Source of the DNA: Heteronotia binoei
Taxonomy: Eukaryota
Assembly (NCBI RefSeq): GCF_032191835.1
Contig: NC_083229.1
Span: 43,958,001 to 44,022,000 of the forward strand
Length of the DNA stretch: 64,000 bases
Reading direction: 5' to 3'
Positions 25,201 to 37,147 of the stretch are shown one piece after another. The stretch's first letter is position 1. Each line of letters starts with the position of its first letter. The position numbers and the translations under genes are program-made. Under the pieces are notes generated by a model. The model was not told the DNA's origin and ran no database searches. It saw nothing but the letters and a program-made list of their open reading frames with translations.

Positions 25201-27659
25201 TCCAGCTGTAGAAGCAGCACAGTCCATTTTAATGAGGACTTTGGTGACACCTGCCTAGTCTGATGTCTCCATTAGGCTTCCAGCATACCTTGCTGTGTGT
25301 AAGGAAGACAGCTGTTGACAAATAATGCCACAGACCAGTTCAAATGGCAATCAGATTGTTCTTCTTATAATGCCTCAGCACAGCCAAACTGGGTGAATAA
25401 CAGTGTTCCCAAAGGAACCAGATGACATTCAAGTCTGCAAACACATTGCCAGATATCAGGGTATGATTTGAAGTTTCAAGGTTTGAGCCTCCTTCTTTGG
25501 GTCTTCTGTGGAAAGAAGACTAACACCTCAGAATTAGGAAACAGAACCAAGGTGACAGGCTAGGTTTTTGCTGGGCTTGATATCTCCATGCTCATCTGAC
25601 TCCATCCCGAGAGACCATCCTAAGCCAGGCTTTGACCCCTGATCCCCTAGGTGTCATTGGGTGTTTTTACACAGGCAACTGTTTGTAAATGGATCTTGCC
25701 ATTCTTACACAGTGAAAATCCAGTTGCAAAGCACATTGTTTAGCATGTGTGAATGTACCCATCCTATCATCCACCAGGCATCTCTACGATTCACCTTGTC
25801 CCACCTTCATCTATGAACCACTGTTCCGTGCTTTGCATACTGAGCTTCAAGGGACCTGGTGACCCTGCACATATTCTTATGTAATGAATATATGTTACTG
25901 GTTAAACAAAAAAAGCAATGGGTGGATAGAGTACATATTGTCTTGATACTTCTGACAATGGTAGAAAAAGAATGAAATAACTAGGCTGAGTCAGATCTAG
26001 TGATTCTCCTGTATTATGTTTACCAGGGCTGTTTCCACACAGGGATTTTCCCCTGGGTGGCATACAGTATGTCCCCACTGTTTAGGAGCTTTCACATGAG
26101 GTCACAGATTGTGTGCTGGACTCCCTTATTTACTCCAATTTAAAGGGAAAACAGCGTGGCAGCTGTGGCTAGAGCTGCTATGTAAAAACTGCAGCCAACT
26201 GGGGATGAGGCAGCACTTAGCATCACCTTCAAAATGGCAGCACTCAGTTTGGGTGCTTTTTAAATAGGTTTTTTAAAAATAAAAACACCCCACAAAAACC
26301 CAAGAGGGGCTCAGCTGTAAGCTTCATCTCAGCTGCTGTGGGGGGTGGCAACATTATCATCAGGCTGGTGCTTCTGTGCTGATGTCATAAGTAGGGAGGG
26401 AATGGAGAGAGGCCATAACAGCACAGGGTGTGTGTGTGCTGTCCTGCATGTTTCAATCCTGTTCACTGCTGCTTGGACAGCAGGGGTGGCTTTTCTTGAT
26501 GCTACATGAAAGCAGCTCAGCAGCTGTTAAGCTGATCCTCAGACCTTGAGAGTGGAAAGTGCCCTCAAGTCACAGCTGATTTACAATGACCCCCTAGAGT
26601 TTTCAAGGCAAGAGACATTCAGAGGTGGTTTGCCATTGTCTCCTTCCTGGTATTCCTTGTGTTGGAAAAGGCAATGTCTGGCGTACAAAGAAAAAGACCC
26701 TGAAAGAGGCAGCAAAAAGACAATTGCATAGGATAGTGAGGACAGTACCTTCTCTCTCCTGTTAAGTGTCATTCCTTATCTGTTTCCAGATTGCTAATCT
26801 TATGGCAATTTCTTCCTTCTTCTAGGAAGTTATTTATTCAGTTTACCCCCTCTCTCAGCTAGAGAGGCACCTAGGAACCTGACTCTGGGTGTGATCAGGT
26901 GAGCAGGTTGCCATGGCAGGATCTCAGCTTTGAATAAGCTGTGTGAGTTTGGAGTGGTATATGTCCATCAGATAGCACCCCCTAAACCAACATGATAGTG
27001 TAGTGGGCCCATGGTTGTCATCCACATTGCTAACATGCCACAATGACTGACCTGTAGTTGGGTTGGAGGTTTTCTGTCCCGTTGTGTGGTGTGCAGAAGA
27101 AACAAGTGCACACACAGTCCTGGCTGGATCTATGGGGGCACTGAAGCACGTGTCAGAGTGGGGCTGGGGGGGGGGGAAGGATGTGTCAGAAACAAAGTGA
27201 AATAATTACACCACTCCAGGGCGCACGGGGCCAATCAGATGGCTGAAAGCCTGTCACGGAAGTGCTTTTCTGGGAAAGCCACCAGAATCTGCCGGTGGCT
27301 ATTTAATCCGTGTGGGAGTTGTTTTAGCATGAGGTAAGGATGAGTGAGGCATGGGAGCCAGATGTGCATGTCCAGAGGGAGGGGTGGCTGTGTGGGGCCA
27401 AATTGCTCATGTGATTGCACCCAGTGTCTCCAGTCTAAAGAATGATTTGTTGGTTAAAACAATTTTATTTGGTAACATATGGTAAGATTATTTTTCTTGC
27501 ATCATTAATAACTTCTTTTATCTATCCCATATATTACTTTCTACCCACCCCTCCCCCCGTTATGTGACCCCCGCTGGTGTTATTTACTTAAAGTACTAAT
27601 GTTTAAAGGTACCCTTAACTAATAAAACCAAAAATTAATATTCTTCTTTTTTCTAAGAC

Positions 27660-28131
27660 TTAATCATTATCAAAAATTGTCCAATGTCCTTTTACTTTCC
27701 ACTCTTTTTCTACATATCTTCTGAACTTTTTCCACTCCATCTTAAAAACTTCAAAATCATAGTCTCTTAAAATTCTTGTTAATTTGTCCATTTCACTCCA
27801 TGTCATAACTTTTACAATCCAATCCCATTTCTCTGGTATTTTTTTCTTGCTTCCACAACTGCGCATATAATATCCTAGCAGCTGAAAGCAAGTTCCAAAT
27901 TATAGTTCTATCTTCTTTTGGAAATTTTTCCATTTGTAATCCCAACAGAAAAGTCTCTGCAACTTTCTTAAATTCATATCCCAAGATCCTAGAAATTTCT
28001 TGTTGAATCATCTGCCAATACTTTTTTGCTTTTTCACAAGTCCACCACATATGGTAGAAAGAACCTTCATGTTTTTTACATCTGTCTGGCATCTTATTAT
28101 TCATCTTTGCCAATTTCTTAGGAGTTATAGT
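27660..28131 (-). pseudogene. L1 ORF2p C-terminal Cys-rich remnant
   Basis: ITPKKLAKM..DRCKKHEGSFYHMWWTC..LSAARILYAQLWK, then a frameshift and WIVKV..EWKKF. EN and RT are absent. Confidence 0.88.
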
Positions 28132-28755
28132 TTTTCTGTCAATTTTTTGTATGCTTTTCTGTCATTTATCACTTGTCTTGGCAATTCTTTCATGATTCTT
28201 ACTCTGCTGCCTCCCACTATCAATGTCTTTTCAAAATTTTTGTTCAAGATTTTTCCCACCATTTCTTTTGTTATATATCTTATAACCACATCTCTTGGTA
28301 GATTATTTTTCTTGGCATATAGTGAGTTCACTCTATACATATAGTCATACATGCTTCTAGTTCCTTCAGGATCTTCCTCCAAAAATTCTGCAATTATTCT
28401 TATTATATATCCTTTCAAATCAGTCTCTTCATCCTCAGGTACTCTTCTCAGACGTATCTGGGTTTCCATCAATTTGCAGTCATGAATTGCCACCTTTTCT
28501 TGCATTTTTAGCTAGGTGGAATCATGTACTTTCACTCTCTCTTCCACCTCTTGCACTTTCTTTGATGTTACCACAGTCTCATTTCTGAGATCTTCTATAT
28601 CTTTCCTTAGCTCTTCAATGTCTTTTCTAATTTCTTTTTTAGAAGCAGTTATCATGTCTCACCCCTTTCATCATCTTGGCTTCCAGTGCTTCTAATTGCT
28701 CTTGCATTTTCTCCATTGAGGCAGTCCTTGCATGGGTTAACTTATGCTCTGACAT
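28125..28755 (-). pseudogene. L1 ORF1p remnant (coiled coil, RRM, partial CTD)
   Basis: MSEHKL... coiled coil with one frameshift and one stop, then LPRDVVIRY...IMKELPRQVINDRKAYKKLTEKL. Confidence 0.85.
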
Positions 28756-29846
28756 TTAAGAAAACACCAAAAATTTTGACCTCTCCAAATTAAATTTAAA
28801 CTATCAGGTTTGATAGAGTAAGGCTTGCCCTTTTCAATAAGCCTAATTTCGCCGTCCTCAGAGCCTCCTGGGCTCAGATATTAATTTTTAGTTTTTATTT
28901 CTTCCAAAATGGCGGTCGCGACTTTCTGCTTCCCTTTAAAAAATTTTCCTTCAAAAGGCTTCTAAACTAATTATCAGCGATAATGTCCAATAGTATTTAC
29001 CTTATAATTGTCACCTGTCAGCTTCACCAATTTTTAATATCCCGAACAGTTTAAAAACTTTGCTTAAATTTTGACCTCCTAGCAATGGCCGCCAATGTTT
29101 TTCTATGATATTATAGTCCTAGAGTAGGCTAGCTGCTTCAGTGATTTCCCTTTTTCCATCTGACACTTTCTGCTTTTCTTGCCACCAAATCCCGTTTTCA
29201 CTGGTAAAAAGATCTTGCGATGTTTGACGTATTTCCTGTGTTGACTGTGAGAGCTGCAAATCTGTGACGATGGGGCTTTTTCACCAAAACCGCAAGTAGA
29301 CAAAACAATAAATTCCTTTCCACTTTTTTAGCACTGTCCTTTAAATTTACAAAGTTCAAATTTCGCCCCTTCTCCCCTTCTTCTTCCAAACTTTCTGAAT
29401 CTCTATTTCCCACCTTCTGATTTTATTTTGTTTAACTTTAAATAGTCCCGGAATGAAGATAGTCATCAGTACCTTTTTCTGCAGTTATCCAGATCCAACA
29501 CCAGTCTTGTATAGCTTTAGATGTTTAGCAGTCTCAAAGAAGGTTAGGAGCCTGTCGAGCTTATGTCAAATAAATGACTCTGGAAACTTTTGCAGATGAT
29601 GAATATGCAACTGGTCTCTGGAGACCCCTCAAAGCCTCAAAAGAGCCCCCCCCCCGGGACTCTCTTTTAGCCAAGGTAAATCTCCTCAGTTTCCTGTGCA
29701 TATCTTGGACTGATCTCTGACTGAGAAAAGTAGGCAGTAGGCATTAAATTGCCCTCCACTACCCTGAACAGAAGCCCCAGCCTGCTCCCCTTCTGAGAAG
29801 CAATTCAGCTCAGCATATTCCAACCCCAGTCTAAAGAATGATTTGT

Positions 29847-30310
29847 CACTCCAAAGCGTTATCAAATCAATTTGAGAAGGAATATGATGCATGGGAATTA
29901 AGGAGAACAGAGGCTAGCCAAATGGCTTTGAATATAAATAACAAAGGGAAGAAAATTTGTCACTTCTATGGGAAGCAAGTCCTCATTAAGAGAGACTCTT
30001 CTATTGCTAAGCAGAAAAAAGCCTTTCCCAAAGCAGCGAGGAGGAGGGGGGATGGCAAGAAAGCTCAGATCAAATTTAAGCAGCCAATAAAGAAATGTTT
30101 TATATTATCACCAGAAGCCACAAAATGTAATAGATGGCTTATTGATTCCAGGACCACAGCCCACATGTGTGCTGATAAAGCATTTTTGAAACACTAGATG
30201 GCCAAAAACAAGAGAAGTTAAGTGTTGCAGACGGATGTCCTGAAATGGCCGAAATCATCAGTTCCAAGACAATAAAATGCATGCTACTAAATGGAGAAAC
30301 CCGAGAGGTG
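29847..30310 (+). pseudogene. Ty1/copia gag zinc knuckle and aspartic protease relic
   Basis: KICHFYGKQVLIKRDS (decayed CX2CX4HX4C); WLIDSRTTAHMC (copia WLIDSG(A/T)T.HM); after a frameshift, FETLDGQKQEKLSVADG...IKCMLLNGETREV. Confidence 0.8.
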
Positions 30311-30572
30311 AACCAGTTTGGTGTAGTGGTTAAGAGCAGTAGACTCCAATTGGGAGAACTGGGTTTCATTCCCCAGTCCTCCAAATGCAGCTGTCTGGTG
30401 ATCTTGGGTCAGTCACGGTTCTCTCAGAGCTGTTCTCTTAAGAGCAGCTCTCAAAGAATTCACTCAGCCCCACCTACCTTACAGGATGTTTGTTGTGGAG
30501 AGAGGAAGGGAAGAAGACTGTAAACCACTCTGAGACTCTGAGTGAAGGGTAGGGTATAAATCCAATCACTTC
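30311..30572 (+). mobile_element. Squam3-type SINE ending the copia relic
   Basis: CCAGTTTGGTGTAGTGGTTAAGAGC...GTATAAATCCAAT. Confidence 0.85.
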
Positions 30573-32387
30573 ATTACAAACTGGCAGGCATTCACTTTTT
30601 GGAACTCCTTGCCTACCCACCTTTCAGGAAGACAATATGGTGTTAGCTGGCCACTTCAGGGTTGAGCAGGGATTTGAGAGATGTCTCTCTGTGCGTGTCT
30701 ATCTCTGCCTCTCTCTCACACACAGAGGCATACAGAGAGCTCTGTGGCTGCTTCCTGCTTTGTGCAGGAGAGATATATAATAAAGCATGTATAACTGGAA
30801 ACATCAATAAAGCATGTGTAAGCTGTTGGAAGAATTTTGCCTCTTTATTGGAATGGAATCCTGGCCACCATTTAGCCTCTTGTGGGCCTCCATGTTGCAA
30901 GTGCCACACCTACCTGCCCCTGCCCAAGAGCCTGTGGCACCTTCCTTTCCCCTCCCTTTCCCTTTCCTGCTGTCTGACGGTTTTGCAAGTGCTTTAGGGA
31001 AAGGGCCTGCTTCAAAGCTCAGCAATACTCACATTTTGTTGCCTGCACATCCAGTTGTGTGCCAAAAGTAGCTGAGTAACCATCCCATTCCCCCCATGCT
31101 GGACAGCATAGGGGTTCAACTGATGGGCCTCCAGCATCTAAAGGGTTGCCTCCCTACCCTCCTGGGTCTGTTTAGGCATGATAGGATGGACTTCTCCATC
31201 ATTAAATGCTTTAGGATTCCCACCAGGTTTTCTTACCTTACAGCACATAATCTGCATTATTCCTCCTTACACCCTTTTAACACCTGACTTATCTAAAACA
31301 CCCGCTCCATACCAGACAACATCAAGCAGCTGGAAACATCTTTTCCCAGCAATATGAGAAGAATTCCTCAGATCTCTGCTCAGCTCCGAAGTGACCAGTT
31401 AATACCACATTGTCTTCTTGAAAGGTGGGCAGTCAAGGAGTTCCTAAGAGTGACTGCCTGCCTGCTTCCTTAAATACTCATGTCTCCACCACTCCCTGTT
31501 GGCCAGAACACATGAAGCTCCCAGCCAGGCATCATTCTGGACCTTTAACACCTTCTGTTCCTAGAATGAAGGAGATGAGCAAAACAAATCATTGCATCAT
31601 GCATGGCAGGGACGGAAAAATTCTATGCACCTGAGAGTTCATACTGGGCAAACCATGAGATCTGCCATGGGATTATGGCTCTGCCACTACTCTTAAAGCC
31701 AAGATAAAGCATCAACTCCTTTCAAAAACACAGCTACATGGGAGCCACTTTTCTGTGGTGTGAATACCTGTGGCTGTGGTATTTGTGGGAATACTGCAAT
31801 GATTTGTGGAGAGCAGGGGTGTATGAGTATTTCCCACCTGATTCTTATATGGATGCCAATCAGGTGAAAAGACTCATTTGGTTGGCTCAACCTATATAAC
31901 TGAAGCCTTCACACATATAGCACAGTCGCACGTGAGAGCATAAAAGATGCATTCCCACTCAACGCAGTGTCTGCTTGTGTGTACTGGATTAAGGCTGCAA
32001 TCCAGAGGACTTTCTGTGGGCAGGAATGGAGCAGTTATATTCCTCTAAACATCTTTCTGAAAAGAGGATCAGTGTTATTCACAGACTCTCTGCATATGGA
32101 AATTTGGTTTGCACAGCAAAAGGTGCACATTGGTTATGTAAAGACTTGGGACATCTTTGTGTAGAACTACATTAAAGACTTCTTTTTCTTCTGCTTGATG
32201 TTATGATCCAAAGACAAGCTGGTTTTGTGGCTTAAGCCAGAACCTTTCCCCAGGATAATTATGACCAAATTACTTCAATGCTCTGTTAGTCTTTCCACTT
32301 CTCTTAACATAGTTCTCAGAATAGAAATACATATTTAAGAACTCTGATTCATTACGAGGAATCCATTCAAAGGCAGGAGATATATAA

Positions 32388-32808
32388 TGTAGGAAGCAAC
32401 CACACAAGACACATGTCCTGGGAGAATTGCTCAGCTTGCAAGCCAGCAGTCTTTATTTTTATAGGATTTTGGTCTCAGATTTTGTCATCACAATCACAAG
32501 ACTCGCACAAGGGACATGCAAAACATTTACCGAAATACCGAAATCTACCATGACAATTATCCAGAAATAACTTGTCTCAAGGTGACAGACGTAAGAACAT
32601 CTCTGTTTCCCCACATTTGAGAAAGTCCCTGCTGACCTTTGTCTGGGTAGCTAGACTCGTGATCTTCCCACCCATCTAGTGGTTGCTGGGTCAAAAAGTC
32701 ATGTAACTGCTCTCTATAACTGGGGCAGTGTTAAGTATTTACTGCATGATGGGTAAGTGCTATGTGTTACTGATTCAGGGGTCCCTGGTCATGTTGAATG
32801 GTACCACA
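32388..32808 (-). repeat. 3' LTR (421 bp)
   Basis: Identical copy of 38759-39179, preceded on the sense strand by an A-rich tract at the PPT position. Confidence 0.97.
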
Positions 32809-35616
32809 TGTCATTATTTTTTATTTATTTATATATTTTTGTGAGGCTGCATACAAAGGGCAGTGGAATAATGATTTGAGCTTGACATTCCCAGGAAGGA
32901 AGGAATACATAAAAATGGGATAAGAAAAATATGTTGATACGGATGGGGTGTTAGATAGGTAAGTGGGAAATAGGAGACAGGTGCTTGCATACTGGCACAT
33001 CGTAGTATTTCACTTTATTCATCCAGAGAATGCATATGTTGGGGGAAAAGGTCCATTTCAGAGGCATACTTACAGGCTAGGCAGGCCAGCTTTTCTACCA
33101 CAGAGCTACTGGAGTCTCTATCATGGGGCTGGATATTCAGGCTAGCTGGAGAGGGCTTCTGCAACCTGCCACCTCTTTGTGGGAGAGGATTCACTAGGCC
33201 GCGTGACAAGCTACTCTCATGGTACTTAGCACTCTTTAATGTTCACTTTTCCACCTTTTTGCATTGTTATTTTCTGAAGAGTGTATGTCAAATTGTATGA
33301 TGTGGTCTCTATTGATTTCAAACATTCAAGGTTAGGTATATAGTTAAAACAAAGATAGAATGGGAATGTCAAGTATCAAAAGGTAATTTCTATATGTATG
33401 AGGGAAAACTATGTGTCTTGGAATTGGGGAATTCTTTGTCAATGGTCACTATTAGCTATGTTATAAAAAATTGCAAGATGAATATACATAAACAATAATA
33501 AGAATATAAAACTCATTTTAGCTTCTAGGTACATGAGCAGTAATAAGGGACATATACAAGTACATGTTATAAACTGAATCAATTCATGCGCCTTTATGGC
33601 AAGTAACATATTGTAGCCTAGGTGATTAAAATACACACATTCAGACATAGGTGAATGTATGGCCAGAAATGGGCACTCCATACTGGCCATTATTACAATA
33701 TAAAAACCATTTCAATGTTCATTTTTGTTTTCCTCTCCCCTTAATCTGACAAAAGGTCTTCTTTCTTGAATTCATGGAAAGTTTGTGTGCTCTATGCATA
33801 ACAATCTTTTCACGGGGAAATGTGTTTTTATTGCAGCCAAAAAGAATTCAGTGGGGCTGCTGTTGTCATCTTTCTGGGGCCTCTAGCCTTTTGCTAGGCA
33901 GAGGAATTTTCCTGGAAAGAAGTGGTCTCCATAACTCAGTTTGGATGGAGCTTTGGGGGGAGGCCCTCCTTCCAACACCAATGAGGCATGATTAAGCAAA
34001 TTTTAGGACATCTGGGTAAATATGGAAGAGCCTGGAAAACATACTTGGAGAAACAAACAAACCAAATAACAATAATAGATTTTTTCTTTTCTTTTCTTTT
34101 AAAGGTTTTTTTTTTTTTTTTGCTATAAGTTGCCATAACTAAATTATCATATTTGTTTTGGACTGGAGACTTTCTTCTCCTCACATAAAGTTTTAGTTTG
34201 ATAATGTCTCTGCCCTTCTAATATTAAAGGGTAAATTTTATATACCATATATTATACAGAATACAAAGTTGTAATATAAACCTATGTATCACTTCTCATG
34301 ATTCAGGCCAGTGCACATCCATATAAAATAAAACATGCACCTAGAGATTCATGAGAGGCTTTTTACCTTGTTGCAACAGATGTGAATTTAAAAAAGAAAA
34401 CATGCAGTTGTATATAAGATTGGAGCTCCAGAAAATTAACAGTTTGAATTATCCCAGGATTAGGAAAATGGTCACAAAAAAGAAGAAAGAAAAAACTTTT
34501 GCTATAGCTTTGGAACATATGAAATTGTTAAAAATAAGAAAAAACTTTAAAAACAACTAAAATAAAACTGAGGCCTCAATAAAACAATGCTAGCTTTAAT
34601 CATACATGTATGTGAAGGATCAGATCTAAAATGATTAGAGAACTGGATCAGAGAATTTAAACCATTGGAAATCAGTGGGTTGATCAAGTCCCACTGAACC
34701 CCATTTTTCTCTGTGCCAGCCCTTTTAAAATTTGTTTTGTGGGTCTCACACAGGTGTGAGAATGGGTTTCAACAAATAACAAAATCCTAAAAGCAAATAG
34801 TAATTAATCCTTAAACAAACAATTCTTAACAGACATACCAGCAATTCTTAAAACTATCATAATGAATATGCAGTTAAACTTGACTTGTGGGTCTAGATTT
34901 CCTGCACAGGATATAATATCTGGTCATAAACACAAAACAATTCTTAAATCTATTTATAATAAACATGCAATGTATATATAAACTTAAGAGAAAACCTAGT
35001 AAAGAGCTCGCACAGCCAAGAAGATGTGTGTGGCAGTGCAAAGACAGAATTTAGAACTGATGAATAAAACAGGGTGCTAAAACATGCACCTTGATGAAGA
35101 ATGGTTGAAATAATGGAAAGGCTGAAACTTAAAACAAATAAATGGAAATGTGTTATCCAGTAGCAAGCCTGGCCAGGGCTGCAGACTGAATTAAAACAAA
35201 AGATCAAGCAAAAATGGACTTCTACCATGGTAAGAACATGAAATATTGAAAGGATTTTCTAAACAGAACACTCAGAAAAAGTCAGACTCTAACAAGATAC
35301 TCTAGAGGTATAAAACTAAATAGATAAGTATGTAGATGGAAATAACTATAAGAGAACAAATGAAAATACACATTTAAGGAATGCAGAACATTATTAAAGT
35401 CCAGATTTCTAATGAAGACCAAGAGTTTTCAAGAATTCTGCCTAATGAATCACCAATAAATCTAGAAAAGGTATTTTTATGAGAAACATGATACTGAGAA
35501 TAATTGGGTCACTGATAAAACAAGGTATTTAGTTTTTCAAGACTTAAAAGAGAAGATGCATAATGAGAGAGTATTTTTATCCAAGGAAGGGTACAGATGT
35601 TTTTCTATAACACATG

Positions 35617-35997
35617 CTATAACTTCAAATGAAAAAGGTAACCAAAATTGGTGAGGTAGAATTTTAAAACATTGATCTTTGCAGAAAATAAAGATTTAGT
35701 ATCAACAATAAAAAGAATTTTCAGATTTAAATGAATAAAAATTGTGAAGCAATTCAAAATAAGATGAAAAATTGTGATCAATGTAAAACTAATAGCCTTA
35801 ACAGGAAACAAAATACATAAATACAAACAATAGAAACTAGTCATGGATTTCATTGTAAACTGTAAACACAGCAGCCACCAAATTTTCTGGAGAAGGCTCT
35901 TGCCCAGCCTCTTCCAGCATTTGAGGCTGAGATTGAAATTAAGAATCAGACTTAAAAGACTCTTATGCCATGCCATCTTTAGCCAAGCAAATAGGAC
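35617..35997 (-). pseudogene. Putative env start: splice acceptor, ATG and decayed betaretroviral Env-leader-like segment
   Basis: TTTTCTCTTGCAG|G acceptor at 35998, AAGATGG at 35976. An alternative frame reads MLEEAGQEPSPENLVAAVFTV, resembling the betaretroviral Env leader (..L...G...TPE.(L/M)..A.L.V). Downstream sequence has many stops. Confidence 0.4.
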
Positions 35998-36779
35998 CTG
36001 CAAGAGAAAACACAGCAGCATGCCTGCGCCCCCAGGTAAGGGGGAACTGGATCATGCCAAGTTAATAGGACAAAATTCAATTTAAATCCACATTTTTACT
36101 CCTTTTAATTGCTTTTGAAAAGTGGTTTTTAACGTAAGATTAGCATTTTTTTTTTACAATAACTTGATCTGTGGAATTACATTAAATGTCATACTGGAAT
36201 TAAATGTTTCATTGTATACAAAAATCAACAAATTTAGAAGAACAGGTAAAAATGGGATTCAACAAAAGAAATACAGAAAGAGAGATAAAAGCCTTATTTA
36301 GCATATAGAAAACCAACAGGCACATAGCAAGATCTATTATTATTTCCCCTTGTGCTCTTGCAGTAGGGAGGATGTATATCTGTACTCTATGCAAAAAGCA
36401 CTAAGCTATTGCACAGTGAAATTTTGTTCACTTCCTGTCTCTGTTCAAAAGGCAGAGAGAAAAAAAGAAATGGCTATAAACACGTCTCTAATAAAAAATC
36501 TGGCTGGGGTTTTTAAAGTAATGTTATCTGTCTGTCTGTCCTCTATTGGCAGTAAAGTTTTTCTTGGGCTGTTTTTCTGTCTTCATTGCACAAGCCTGCT
36601 GTTTGTACCTGGCCCACCTTGCAGGGCTGATGTGCAAGTTCAGAGCAGAGTTGTTAGCAATGAGAGAGAGAGAAAAAAAATGGGTACGTGTGTCAATGGC
36701 TTTTTGTTCCTACTAAGCATGCAATGAAATTACTAAGCAGGCAGGTTAAAATAAAAAAAAGAAGTACTGTTTTACTGTT

Positions 36780-37147
36780 ACAGGAGGTGGTGGCACCTAC
36801 AAGCATAGCCATTCCCAAGAGGGGGTTAGATAAAAAACAGAGGTCCATCAGCAGCTGTTAGCCACAGTATGGATATACATATATATAGACATGTGTAAAA
36901 AAAGATCTTGGATTAATATTCTGCCCTCCATTCAAAAATCCTGGAGCAACTCACAATTTTCTTTATCTCCCTCCCTCACAATAGAGGTGGGTGGGGCTGA
37001 GAGAGCACCTAGCTCTTTCAAATAAGACTTACACAGGTTTAATCACTATACCAAACTGACACATATATTGGTTGCTGAATGACACAGAGTGCTAGACTGG
37101 ATGGGCTGTTGGTCTGATCCAACACAGCCTTTTTTATGTTCTTATGT
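36780..37147 (+). mobile_element. Old CR1 3'-end element interrupted by a decayed Squam3 SINE, inside the provirus
   Basis: GGGGGTTAGATAAA..CAGAGGTCCATCAGCAGCTGTTAGCCACAG ... GACACAGAGTGCTAGACTGGATGGGC...TTATGTTCTTATG tail, with an antisense Squam3 remnant at ~36910-37058. Confidence 0.75.

Larger units (their letters stand above)
27451..29825 (-). mobile_element. Internally deleted L1 (5'UTR, ORF1, ORF2 C-terminus, 3'UTR)
   Basis: 21-bp TSD CCAGTCTAAAGAATGATTTGT at 27430-27450 and 29826-29846; ORF1 and ORF2 C-terminal similarity; AATAAA near the 3' end. Confidence 0.9.

Noticed and set aside
34300-35900. Captured TLR/LRR gene (minus strand) or L1/MULE/GTPase coding remnant (plus strand) inside the ERV
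   Set aside because: Manual translation of several frames gave only short chance-like motifs among many stops. Amino-acid composition is explained by strand A/T skew.
36425-36440. ETS/IRF composite site (GGAAGTGAA) suggesting a captured immune-gene promoter
   Set aside because: A single short motif, expected by chance, with no supporting gene.
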